Positions 1-9,512 of a stretch of DNA of 64,000 nucleotides are shown piece after piece; positions within the stretch are counted from its first letter, which is position 1, and each line of letters begins with the position of its first letter. Both the position numbers and the translations under genes were made by a program. The notes below the pieces were generated by a model. It was not told the DNA's origin. It saw only the letters and a list, made by a program, of their open reading frames with translations, and ran no database searches. The stretch comes from an uncultured Gemmatimonadaceae bacterium (lineage in GTDB: Bacteria; Gemmatimonadota; Gemmatimonadetes; Gemmatimonadales; Gemmatimonadaceae): contig CAWAGQ010000006.1 in assembly GCA_963781585.1 (NCBI GenBank), forward strand, positions 224,001 through 288,000, read 5' to 3'.

Positions 1-1
1 A

Positions 2-919
2 CTGGAAGCGTGCGCGACCGGCACGCCGAGAGCCCCGTCCCCAGCCCCCTCGCCGGTAGCGACTGCCGAGTACCGTTCGTTCGACGTGCGACGCAGGGGA
101 TGGGTGGGGCTCGATGGCGTGGCCACGGCGGCGGACACCGCCCAGGTGGTCTTCTTCGGCGAGGAACACGACGATCCCGCGACGCACAGGGTCGAGCTGG
201 CGCTCCTCAGGTCGCTCGGCGAGCGCCACAGTCATATCGTCCTCTCGCTGGAAATGTTCGAGCGGGACGTTCAGCCGGTGGTAGATCAGTATCTCGCTGG
301 CGCAATCAGCCACGAGGATTTTCTCGCGCGCTCGCGTCCCTGGTCCGCCTACATGACGGACTATCACCCGCTCGTGGAACTGGCGAAATCGCACGGCTGG
401 CCGGTGGTCGCGGCCAACGTCCCCCGCCCGCTGGCGTCGGCGGTGGGACGCGTTGGCCTGGCCGCGCTCGACAGCCTGTCGCCGGCCGAGCGCGCGTACG
501 CGGCGCGGGAAATCGTCTGTCCCGACGATGCCTATCGCGCGCGCTTCATGGACGAGATGCGCACGCACAGCGCGGGCAGTGGCGCGGCGCCGTCGCCTGA
601 CGACTCGCTGCCGACCGCGGTCGCGGCGCGGTTCTATCTGGCTCAGTGCGTGAAGGACGAGACGATGGCCGAATCGATCGCGAATGCATTGGCGAAGGCC
701 GGGCCCGACGCGCTGATCTTCCATGTGACCGGATCGTTCCACAGCGCCTACGGCCAGGGGACGGTGGAGCGATTCGTCCGCCGGGTGCCGCAGGCGCGGA
801 TCGTCACCGTCACCGCGGTGCCGGTGGCCGATCCGGCGAAGGGGTCGGCGGACGCGTATGCGAAACGGGCGGACTTCATCATCCTCACACGGCGCGCGAC
901 CGGGCCGCCGCCCAGCGGA
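2..919 (+). CDS. ChaN-family lipoprotein (5'-partial; no in-frame stop at the expected end)
   Basis: Frame open from the window start with lipobox-like LEAC; motifs VVFFGEEHDD, LSLEMFERDVQ, VVAANVPR, AQCVKDETMAESI, GSFHS. The frame continues antisense through the amidase to 2632. Confidence 0.8.
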
Positions 920-2674
920 TCAGACCAGCGTCGTCAGGTACTCAGGCGCCCGCCGAGCCCTGGTCGTCTGTTCGAACGCATACGCGAGCCTGAGCAGCGC
1001 CCCCTCGCTCCACGCCGGCCCGATGAACGAGAGCCCGCTCGGCAGGCCGTGGACGAGCCCCATCGGCACCGTGATGCTCGGATAGCCGGCCACCGCCGCG
1101 AAGGTCGTGTCGCCCCCCTTGAAGTGGTCGCCGTTGAGATAGTCGGTCGGCCACGCCGGCTGATTCGACGGCAAGACGATCGCATGAAGCCGGTTCTTCG
1201 CCAGTGCCGCATCGATGCCCTGAGCGCGCGACATGCGGACGCACTTCGCGCGCGCGGCCCTGTAGCGGGCGTCGGTGAGCGGCCCCTTTACCTGCGCCTG
1301 CTGGAACAGTTCCTGCCCGAACCACGGCATCTCGCGATCCTTCTCGCGCTCGTTCCACGCGATCAGCTCGGCGAGCGTCTTCACCGGCGCCGTGGCGCCG
1401 AGCGACGCGAGATACGCGTTCAGGCCGTCCTTGAATTCGTACAGCAGCACCTGCAGCTCATCGTCGTCGAACCGGTGCGCGCCGGCGAGGTTCGCGGGAT
1501 CGACCACCTCGGCGCCGGCGCCCTTCATCGCTGCTATTGCCTCGTCGAGCAGGTGGTCAACGTCGGGGTTGAAACCCGCCAGGTTGCGCGACACGCCGAT
1601 GCGCGCGCCCTTGAGGCCCGCGGGGTCGAGGAATCGCGTGTAGTCGGATTCCGTGTGGCCGGTGCTCGCGTTAGTGGCCGCGTCGCGCGGATCGGTGCCA
1701 ACCAGCGCGCCGAGCAGCGCGGCGACATCCGCGACCGAGCGGCACATCGGACCCGCCGTGTCCTGGGATGCGGAGATCGGGATGATCCCCGAGCGGCTCC
1801 AGAGACCCACGGTGGGTTTGAGTCCCACCAGCCCACACATCGACGACGGGCAGATGACAGACCCGTCGGTCTCGGTGCCGATTCCGATCGCAGCGAAATC
1901 GGCAGCGATCGCGGCAGCCGTTCCCGAGCTCGACCCGCACGGGTTGCGATCGAGGATGTATGGATTGTGGGTCTGCCCGCCGCGCCCGCTCCATCCGCTG
2001 GTGGAACGGGTGGAGCGGAAGTTCGCCCACTCGCTGAGATTCGTCTTTCCGAGCAGCACGGCGCCGGCGGCGCGCAGGCGGTCAACGATGAATGCGTCGT
2101 TCGGCGGCGTACTCGTCGCGAGCGCCAAGGATCCGGCCGAGGTGCGCATCTTGTCGGCCGAGTCGATGTTGTCCTTGATGAGGATGGGGATGCCGTGCAG
2201 CGGGCCGCGCACACGTCCGGCTTTGCGCTCGGCGTCGAGGGCGTCGGCGATGGTCCGCGCGTCGGGGTTGAGTTCGATCACTGCATTGACCGCGGGTCCG
2301 CGCTTGTCCATCGCGTCGATGCGGGTCAGGTAGCGATCGACGAGTGCGCGCGAGGTGAGCGAGCCCCGCTCCATGGCGGCGCGCAGGTCGGCGACGGATT
2401 GCTCGAAGAGGGCGTCGCGTTCAGGTACTCCGGCGGCGGGCGTCGGGCCGCGTCGCGACGCCGTGTCGCTGGCCCTGGTGGAGTCGCCTGTATCGCGCGC
2501 GAGCGTGGTGCAGGCGGTGCCGGTGCCGAGGACTATGGTGGCGCCGGCAGCGATGGAGCGGCCGACGAATGTACGGCGGTCCACGGGCGCCTGGCCCGGT
2601 TGGTGGTGGTCACTCTGGGAGCCGACCGCTGAGCGCTGAGTGCTGTTGGCTGCATGTCGGGGAGCGTCAGGCAT
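920..2674 (-). CDS. Amidase-signature family amidase with Tat signal/lipoprotein Cys
   Basis: DRRTFV Tat motif, GTAC, LHGIPILIKDN (Lys), GSSSG, GTETDGSVICPS. The ATG at 2674 is conserved in all three head copies. Confidence 0.93.
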   Translation of the reverse strand: MPDAPRHAANSTQRSAVGSQSDHHQPGQAPVDRRTFVGRSIAAGATIVLGTGTACTTLARDTGDSTRASDTASRRGPTPAAGVPERDALFEQSVADLRAAMERGSLTSRALVDRYLTRIDAMDKRGPAVNAVIELNPDARTIADALDAERKAGRVRGPLHGIPILIKDNIDSADKMRTSAGSLALATSTPPNDAFIVDRLRAAGAVLLGKTNLSEWANFRSTRSTSGWSGRGGQTHNPYILDRNPCGSSSGTAAAIAADFAAIGIGTETDGSVICPSSMCGLVGLKPTVGLWSRSGIIPISASQDTAGPMCRSVADVAALLGALVGTDPRDAATNASTGHTESDYTRFLDPAGLKGARIGVSRNLAGFNPDVDHLLDEAIAAMKGAGAEVVDPANLAGAHRFDDDELQVLLYEFKDGLNAYLASLGATAPVKTLAELIAWNEREKDREMPWFGQELFQQAQVKGPLTDARYRAARAKCVRMSRAQGIDAALAKNRLHAIVLPSNQPAWPTDYLNGDHFKGGDTTFAAVAGYPSITVPMGLVHGLPSGLSFIGPAWSEGALLRLAYAFEQTTRARRAPEYLTTLV

Positions 2675-3088
2675 CGGCGGATTGTGCGAAGGGTTGGACA
2701 AATGGGACGCCGGTGGAGGTACGGCGCTCGCGGGCGGGGGGGGGCGCCGCGCGCCTCTGACCGATCAGCGAACCCCTTGCGGCGGGCGAACACCAAAGTC
2801 GTCCACGACGCGGCAGCACGCCACCCTCGCGCTCGGCTGAGACACGTCGTGAGGACACGGGTCCGGAGCGCGTTAGCGCTCCCTTTCGCGTCGGTTTATC
2901 CCGGGAATCCGCGGAAATGTTACGTCATGTATCAGCGTTGCCCATGGCGTGTCGGTTGTTGCGTGTCTCGCGCCCCAGACTGGAAGCGTCCAAACAGGTC
3001 GAGCGAGGGACGGGCCGCTTCATTAATGAGGCGACGTCGTCGTTCGACGGCCTCGGCAGTTGCCGCAGTGGGCGATGGGAAGGCTCTG

Positions 3089-3910
3089 ATGTCGCAGTCA
3101 ATCCAAACGGCCGGTGCGGGTCGGCCGAAGGTGCTCGTCTTCTGCACGTCGGCGCCGATGGAGCGTGTGATTCGCGAGTCGCTGGCCGGGCAGTTCACGA
3201 TTCGCTCGACCGACAAGTGGAGCGACGTCGAAGCCGAGGCGGCGGCGAGCGCGTGTGTGGTGGCGGTGGTGCCCAGGTTGCGGCCGCCTGACATCGGAGA
3301 ACACCTTGAAGCGGTCAGGACCCATGCGCCGGAGACGCTGATTGTCGTGGTGACGACGAGGACCGCCGAGAATGCGGAGGCGATCCTGCGCATTCCGGTC
3401 GACGCGGTGGTGTGGGAGACGGCCGTACGCGAGCAGCTCCTGCCGGCGGTGGTTCGGGTTCTGGAACACTCGTACCTCGCCGTCGTCGCCCGGAACGCGT
3501 TACGCGAGGGGACGTTCGCACACGAGGTACGCATCGCGATCGCGGCCGCGTGCCGGAGTCATGCTCCCCCGTACTCGGTCGAGCGTTCGGCGATGGCCTG
3601 CGGGGTGCCACGGAGCACGCTGAATGCCGCGTGGAGGAAGGCGGGAGCGCCGCGCCTCAGTCCGAAGCTGTACCTCCGGTGGATTCGCCTGCTGCAGGCG
3701 GTGGCGTGGAAGACGGCTCAGCGCAGCTGGGAGTCGATCGCCGCCGAGCTGCACGTGGACGTGGACACCTTGGCGCGCGATGCGACGAAGGTCGCGGGTC
3801 TTCACCTCCGGGACCTCAGCGTCGAGACAATTGGCCTCCTTCGCGAGAAATTCGAGGACTCTGTGCTTCGTCCGCTGGGTATTCCGGCACCGCCAGCGAA
3901 AATGCGGTAA
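3089..3910 (+). CDS. Pseudo-receiver + AraC-like double-HTH transcriptional regulator (copy 1)
   Basis: N-terminal receiver-like pattern (KVLVF...CVVAVV...LIVVVT...VDAVVW) lacking the acceptor Asp; C-terminal SVERSAMACGVPRSTLNAAW and SWESIAAELHVDVDTLAR helices. Confidence 0.8.
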   Translation: MSQSIQTAGAGRPKVLVFCTSAPMERVIRESLAGQFTIRSTDKWSDVEAEAAASACVVAVVPRLRPPDIGEHLEAVRTHAPETLIVVVTTRTAENAEAILRIPVDAVVWETAVREQLLPAVVRVLEHSYLAVVARNALREGTFAHEVRIAIAAACRSHAPPYSVERSAMACGVPRSTLNAAWRKAGAPRLSPKLYLRWIRLLQAVAWKTAQRSWESIAAELHVDVDTLARDATKVAGLHLRDLSVETIGLLREKFEDSVLRPLGIPAPPAKMR

Positions 3911-3955
3911 AGCTGGCCAGTTTGCGGTTGACGGGTTGAGCCGGAATGCACGATG
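3903..3955 (+). promoter_or_regulatory. Putative AraC-type operator/promoter: TGCGGT-N14-TGCGGT, then TTGACG...CACGAT
   Basis: Direct repeat with 20-bp period overlapping the regulator stop codon; recurs at 9201, 15700 and 20110. Confidence 0.55.
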
Positions 3956-4181
3956 TTGGTGCTCGTTCGGGGACCCGCAGCCACGGATCATCTCGCTCAC
4001 CTGGCGAAAAGAAGAACCGTCTGCGGCACGTGCGGCCGGCCGGACCGAGCGTGGTACGATCGGGAGCGTCGCCGCGATTCTCCTATGAGAACGCGGAGCG
4101 CACCGATCGAAGTCGGCTAAAATCACCCACTCATTTCCCCGAAGAACCAGAAAGATTTCCCCTCCACCCAGGGAGAACCGG

Positions 4182-4478
4182 ATGCACTCCTTCAAGACCC
4201 CCTTCAAAATCGCATTGCTTGCGGCTGCACTCGTGGCGTCTCTGGCGATGTCGGGCACTCGCGTTCCGGCGCTACACGAAGAGAACGGGCTTCCAACCAA
4301 CGTGGACCAAGTCTGTCCGAAGCACGTGCCGGGCGCTTTGCCTCTGGCAAAGTGTGAGGATCCATGTCACTGTGTTGAGGACCGCTACCTCACTACATGT
4401 GCCACGCCGGACTTCAAGTGCGTCTGTGACGTGCAATCCGACGTGCAAGCCAAAGAGAACAAGAGCGCGCGGCACTAG
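4182..4478 (+). CDS. Small secreted Cys-rich protein/peptide precursor (98 aa, 7 Cys)
   Basis: GGAG RBS, hydrophobic signal peptide (KIALLAAALVASLA), Cys pattern C-x12-C-x3-C-x-C-x8-C-x6-C-x-C. Confidence 0.7.
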   Translation: MHSFKTPFKIALLAAALVASLAMSGTRVPALHEENGLPTNVDQVCPKHVPGALPLAKCEDPCHCVEDRYLTTCATPDFKCVCDVQSDVQAKENKSARH

Positions 4479-4628
4479 GGGCCAATAGCATGCAGTGAGG
4501 GTGCGGAGTTTCCCCTGCATTTTGGCCGCGCGAGAGGGTGCTCTCCGGGCCACATGGCCGCAGCAACATCTTTCCGCGCCCAGTACTTCCACGATTTGGC
4601 GTAACGACAGCGTAGGCAGGCAAAGACG

Positions 4629-5804
4629 ATGTATGCACGTCTGTTGCGATGGATTGGCGGCGCGACTTGTGTCGTTGTGGTTGCTTCCGACGGGCTTTCT
4701 CTGCATCCTGCCCCGCAGCCACTCGATGCGTTGATCGCTCAACCAGAGCCTCTGTTGCAGGAGGCGACTTGGATCTTCTCGCGCCGCTCCGTGAAGGCGT
4801 TCGGTGGCGTTGGAGACTCTTCGTTCACGTTTGGGGTGATCGTCGGAGGTCAGATCATCGGCGACAGCACTATCGTCATTGCCGACGGGTCCAACGGATC
4901 CATTCACTACTTTTCCATGAACGGGGGGACTACGCGGAACTTCGGCCGTCTCGGCCCGGGACCGGGGGAATTCCAGGCGCTAACTGATGTGCATGAGTGC
5001 GAGCCCAGTACCTTGGCCACGTACGATGCCGCAACGGCCCGGATCACTAGGTTTGGTCCCGCCGGAGAGGTTCTCATCGAGAAGAGATCACCCGTCGGCT
5101 TTGTAATCTTGAGACCACTGACTTGTCTCGCCGACGGCTCGATTATCGCTGCCTTCGATCGCCGAGCGCCAATTCCCCAACAGTCGAGCGTTGTTCGCGC
5201 CACTGGACTGCTCGTCCGGATCTCCTCCGACCTTAGTGCCGTTGATACGCTGGCGACGTTTCCGGGAAACGAGCGCTACTTCGCAAACGAGGTTGGCGGA
5301 TATGGAGAACTTCCATTGGGGCGCTCTGGTGTCGTCGCCGCCGGCGCGCACTTCGCCGTGCTCGGTCAGACGGACTCAACTAGAATCCACATTCTACCCT
5401 TGGCAGGAGGGAGTGACCAACTCCTCGATCTTCCTCTCCGCCGTTATCCGGTAACCGCTGCGGCCTTTCGACGCGCCGTAGAACAGAGATTGGAGGACGA
5501 GCCAAGTCGACACACCCAAGACGTGCTGCGAGCCGTATACGCGCACGCGCCCCAACCAACCGGCAACAGGTTTCTTCGGGACCTCTTTGTGGACTCTGTT
5601 GACCGAATATGGGTGCAGACGCCTGCGCTGTCACGGCTCCGGGAGTCGATTTGGCGCGTCTTTGACGCAAGAGGACGTGACGTCGCGCGGGCACTGCTTC
5701 CCGAGACCGCGCGAGTACTCTTCGCCTCGGCTGATCATGTTCTCTTGAGAGTCACCGGCCCAGATGGCGATCAACACGTGGAACTTTTCCACATGCCTCC
5801 CTAG
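4629..5804 (+). CDS. Secreted 6-bladed beta-propeller protein (type A)
   Basis: FGRLGPGPGEF motif, LFVDSVDRIWV, C-terminal WRVFD..G...LP...DGDQHVELF; paralog of 18452-19582. Confidence 0.8.
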   Translation: MYARLLRWIGGATCVVVVASDGLSLHPAPQPLDALIAQPEPLLQEATWIFSRRSVKAFGGVGDSSFTFGVIVGGQIIGDSTIVIADGSNGSIHYFSMNGGTTRNFGRLGPGPGEFQALTDVHECEPSTLATYDAATARITRFGPAGEVLIEKRSPVGFVILRPLTCLADGSIIAAFDRRAPIPQQSSVVRATGLLVRISSDLSAVDTLATFPGNERYFANEVGGYGELPLGRSGVVAAGAHFAVLGQTDSTRIHILPLAGGSDQLLDLPLRRYPVTAAAFRRAVEQRLEDEPSRHTQDVLRAVYAHAPQPTGNRFLRDLFVDSVDRIWVQTPALSRLRESIWRVFDARGRDVARALLPETARVLFASADHVLLRVTGPDGDQHVELFHMPP

Positions 5805-5857
5805 CGAAATGTAGGAGGCCCCACCGGCTCTGCCGGGGATACTTACTGGCGTGTTTG

Positions 5858-5946
5858 TGCCGCCGGATACGCTTCTCATGCGCGTCGTGTCGGACCTGCT
5901 GACTGGGAAACGTCCGTTCGCCACGTCCCGCCAACCTCCGCCGTGA
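5858..5946 (+). pseudogene. 3' tip of a DsbA-like gene
   Basis: Near-identical to the end of the DsbA-like fragment at 24171-24259 (PPDTLLMRVVSDLL...QPPP*). Confidence 0.65.
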
Positions 5947-5977
5947 AAGGTCCGGGAGCCATGCTTCGATGTGATGT

Positions 5978-7168
5978 ATGGTAGGCGCAGCAGCCGCATG
6001 TATCGCACGGCTTGCGGCAGTAGGCCAGGCGCCTGATACCCGACTCGCGACGCGAACTCTCTGGTGGAGCGGACTGGCGACTCTGGTTGCGCCGGCCCTG
6101 TCACTGGCACAGCAGATCCCGCGCACGACGCTCGAACGCCGAGATGCCACGGTCGATTTTGCATTCAACCACATCGGTGGTTGCCGTGAACTAACGGACG
6201 GGCGCGTCCTGATCGGCGACGACTACGAGAGGACGCTCTATCTGATCGACTTTGCGGCCGGAAAGGCAACGGCTCTTGGTAGGTCCGGCTCGGGACCGGG
6301 AGAATTCGAATCGGTAAGCACGCTTCACTATATGGCGGACGATTCGACGCTTCTGGAAGACCGCCGACAAGGTCGCTGGCTGTACTTGCAGGGGCCCCGG
6401 GCGGTCGAAACGATCAACGCGATCACTCGTTTCGGGTACACGCCGACCCTTCACGGAGTGGACAGCATGGGGAGGTTCCTGGAGCTCCGACCTTCGCTGT
6501 ACGGCAAGTCTCCCGGCCTCCCCGCTTTGCGCATTCAATCGTCAGCAGAGTCGCTGCTGGTCATTGTCGGCCATCGGAGCGTTGCCTCCGCGGATACCTT
6601 GGGGCGGATCCGGGGTCAATTTCGAGGTGTCAGGGAGGTTATGAAACCGCTGGTCGCTGGTGGCCCGAGCGTTTCCAGAATAGTGGGCAACCCCTTGGCC
6701 GCGGAGGAACAGGCCATTCTGCTCCTGGATGGGTGGGCCGCGATCGTCTTCGCTGATCCATATCACGTCGAATGGATCACTCCGCGAAAGGTGAGGGTGC
6801 GCGGTCCGCCCCTTCCATTCCAACGAGTGCCGGTCGACGACGCGCAGAAACGGTATGCGGTAGAGATGAGCCGCGGTTACAGGGGTCTGTTTTCACCGGA
6901 CGAACTGCCCGCGTGGCCAGCCATCCTTCCTCCGTTTCTTAACGATGCAGTACTGGCCCTTCCAGATGGACGGATTGCCATTCGACGCACACCGGTGGCT
7001 GGTACGGGTGAGATCTTGTACGACATAGTGGACCGAAGGGGGCAGCTGACATCGCGAATCGCAGTATCGTCTGGTCAGAGATTAGTGGGATTCGGTAGAC
7101 ATGCCGCATATGTCGTGCATGAATCAGGTGACGACAGCGAACGCCTCGATCGCTATCACTGGCCGTAG
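5978..7168 (+). CDS. Secreted 6-bladed beta-propeller protein (type B, copy 1)
   Basis: RELTDGRVLIGD, LGRSGSGPGEF, PDGRIAIRRT, RLVGFGRHAAYVV..DDSERLDRY; exact start uncertain. Confidence 0.8.
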   Translation: MVGAAAACIARLAAVGQAPDTRLATRTLWWSGLATLVAPALSLAQQIPRTTLERRDATVDFAFNHIGGCRELTDGRVLIGDDYERTLYLIDFAAGKATALGRSGSGPGEFESVSTLHYMADDSTLLEDRRQGRWLYLQGPRAVETINAITRFGYTPTLHGVDSMGRFLELRPSLYGKSPGLPALRIQSSAESLLVIVGHRSVASADTLGRIRGQFRGVREVMKPLVAGGPSVSRIVGNPLAAEEQAILLLDGWAAIVFADPYHVEWITPRKVRVRGPPLPFQRVPVDDAQKRYAVEMSRGYRGLFSPDELPAWPAILPPFLNDAVLALPDGRIAIRRTPVAGTGEILYDIVDRRGQLTSRIAVSSGQRLVGFGRHAAYVVHESGDDSERLDRYHWP

Positions 7169-7362
7169 CCCGCAGGGTGATGGTGTTTGTCCCAACGGGC
7201 GTCGATGATCGGGTGGAATCCTGAATCCGATGTAAGAATGCCGAAATCTCATCCAGGCGTTGATCACCCGGGGCGTACGCCAAGTACGAAGAGGCAAGGA
7301 CAACCAGGCTCGAAGCGCGCGGCTCGCCCTGAGGGTGGTGGCAGCAAGGCAGCGACGGGTCA

Positions 7363-7970
7363 GCGGCGCGCAGGCGTTCGACGATAAACGCGTCCCTGGG
7401 CGGCGTGCTCGTCGCGAGCGCCAGCGATCCGGCCGAGGTGCGCATCCTGTCGGCCGAGTCGATGTTGTCCTTGATGAGGATGGGAATGCCGTGCAGCGGG
7501 CCGCGCACGTGTCCGGCTTTGCGCTCGGCGTCGAGGGCGTAGGCGATGGTACGCGCGTCGGGGTTGAGTTCGATCACTGCGTTGACCGCGGGGCCGCGCT
7601 TGTCCATGGCGTCGATGCGGGTCAGGTAGCGATCAACCAGCGCGCGCGAAGTGAGCGCACCGCGCTCCATGGCGGCGCGGAGGTTGGCGACGGATTGCTC
7701 GAACAGCGCGTCGCGCGCGGGAACGCCTGACGCCGGAACGGGGCCAGGTCGCGACGCCGTGTCGCTGGCCCTGGTGGAGTCGCCGGTATCGCGCGCGGGT
7801 GTGGTGCAGGCAGTGCCGGTGCCGAGGATAATGGTGGCGCCGGCAGCGATGGAGCGGCCGACGAAGGTGCGGCGGTCGACGGGAGCCTGGCCTGCGTGGT
7901 GGTCGTCACTCTGGGAGCTGACCGCTGATCGCTGATGGCTGTTGGCTGCATGTCGGGGAGCGTGAGGCAT
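7363..7970 (-). pseudogene. Amidase 5' fragment (copy 2), truncated after ...IVERLRAA
   Basis: Homologous to 2067-2674; keeps the Tat motif and IKDN, lacks the catalytic serines. Confidence 0.92.
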
Positions 7971-8386
7971 TGGCGTGTTGCGCGAAGGGTTGGACAACCA
8001 GGACGCCGGTGGCCGTGCGTGTTCCTGCGGGCGGGGGGGCGCCGCGCGCCTCTGACCGATCAGCCGAACCCCTTGCTGCGGGCGACACCAAACGTCGTCG
8101 ACGACGCGGCAGCACGCCACCCTCGTGCTCGCCTGAGACGCGAGGTGAGCACGCGGGTCCGGAGCGTCAGCGTTCCCTTTCGCGTCGGGTGATCCCGGAA
8201 CACCCGCGGAAATGTTACGTGGTGTATCGGCGTTGCCCATTGCGTGTCGGCTGTTGCTTGCCGAGCGCCCCAGACTGGAACGGTCCAATCAGGTCGCGTC
8301 GATGGGCGGGCGCCTTTCATTAGTGAGGCGACCGTCGTCCGTCGACGGCCTCGGCAGTGGCAGACTTGGGCGATGTGAAGGCGCAG

Positions 8387-9208
8387 ATGTCGCAGTCAAT
8401 CCAAAGCTCAGGTGCGGGTCGGCCGAAGGTGCTCGTCTTCTGCGCCTCCGCGCCGATGGCCGGTGCGATTCGCGAGGCGCTGGCCGGGCACTTCACGATT
8501 CGTGCGACCGACCAGTGGAGCGACGTCGAAGTCGAGGCGGCGGCGAGCGCGTGTGTGGTGGCGGTGGCGCCCAGGTTGCGGCTGCCTGACATCGGAGAAC
8601 ACCTTGAAACGGTCAGGACCCATGCGCCGGAGACGCTGATTGTCGTGGTGACGACGAGGACCGCCGAGAATGCGGAGGCGATCCCGAGCATTCCGGTCGA
8701 CGCGGTGGTCTGGGAGACGGCCGTACGCGAGCAGCTCCTGCCCGCGGTGGTTCGTGTAGTGGAACACTCGTACCTCGCCGTCGTCGCCCGGAACGCATTG
8801 CGCGAGGGGACGCTCGCACACGAGGTACGCATCGCGATCGCGGCCGCGTGCCGGAGTCATGCTCCACCGTACTCCGTCGAGCGTTTGGCGATGGCCTGCG
8901 GGGTGCCACGGAGCACGCTGAATGCCGCGTGGCGCAAGGCGGGAGCGCCGCGCCTCACGCCGAAGCTGTTCCTCCGGTGGATTCGCCTGCTGCATGCGGT
9001 GGCGGGGAAGACCGCTCAGCGCAGCTGGGAGTCGATCGCCGCCGAGCTCCACGCTGACGTGGACACCTTGGCGCGCGATGCGACGCGGGTCGCGGATCTT
9101 CATCTGAGGGACCTGAGTGTGGAGACGATCGACCTCGTTCGCGAGAAATTCGAGGACTCTGTGCTTCGGCCGCTGGGTATTCCGGCACCGCCAGCGAGAA
9201 TGCGGTAA
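8387..9208 (+). CDS. Pseudo-receiver + AraC-like regulator (copy 2)
   Basis: Paralog of 3089-3910, same length. Confidence 0.8.
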   Translation: MSQSIQSSGAGRPKVLVFCASAPMAGAIREALAGHFTIRATDQWSDVEVEAAASACVVAVAPRLRLPDIGEHLETVRTHAPETLIVVVTTRTAENAEAIPSIPVDAVVWETAVREQLLPAVVRVVEHSYLAVVARNALREGTLAHEVRIAIAAACRSHAPPYSVERLAMACGVPRSTLNAAWRKAGAPRLTPKLFLRWIRLLHAVAGKTAQRSWESIAAELHADVDTLARDATRVADLHLRDLSVETIDLVREKFEDSVLRPLGIPAPPARMR

Positions 9209-9512
9209 AGCTGGCCAGTTTGCGGTTGACGGGTTGAGCCGGAATGCGCGATCTTGGCCCTCGCGTTCGATGCCGACGGATGGGGTGCCCTGATACGCGC
9301 GAGAGTTGTACCGCTGGCAGAGGAGCTGGGCCTTCGAACATCTCCAACCATAGTTCTTGACAGCGCGCAGCTGCCCGACCTCCCGCGAGGGGCCTGGTTT
9401 GGAAACGGCCGTCGGAGGTGGCAAGTAGACCGAGGCAGGGAGGTCCAGACCACCTGCGTACAAACCACCTGCGGACATCGTCGGTGCCAGTCTTCCATTT
9501 CAGAGGCGAAAC

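Larger units (their letters stand above)
2015..3962. repeat. Head repeat copy 1 (amidase 5' part + intergenic + regulator + downstream promoter motif)
   Basis: Directly alignable by eye with 7363-9256 and 13823-15762. Confidence 0.95.
5858..7215. repeat. ~1.35 kb direct repeat of 24171-25528 (DsbA tail + propeller B)
   Basis: Constant offset of 18313 bp; the encoded proteins differ at few positions. Confidence 0.95.
7363..9256. repeat. Head repeat copy 2
   Basis: Direct repeat of 2067-3955. Confidence 0.95.

Noticed and set aside
2918..2934. TGTTAC-N5-GTATCA dyad as a nitrogen-regulator box for the amidase
   Set aside because: Imperfect, and further degraded in copies 2 and 3; too weak to call.
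8124..8153. Hairpin CGTGCTCGCCT...AGGTGAGCACG in the head intergenic region as ncRNA or riboswitch
   Set aside because: Present in the near-identical copies 2 and 3 but not preserved in copy 1; no recognisable riboswitch consensus.
6939..8288. 449-aa and 329-aa (13798-14787) ORFs as novel amidase fusion proteins
   Set aside because: They are truncated amidase 5' ends extended by non-coding or antisense sequence, and lack the catalytic serines.
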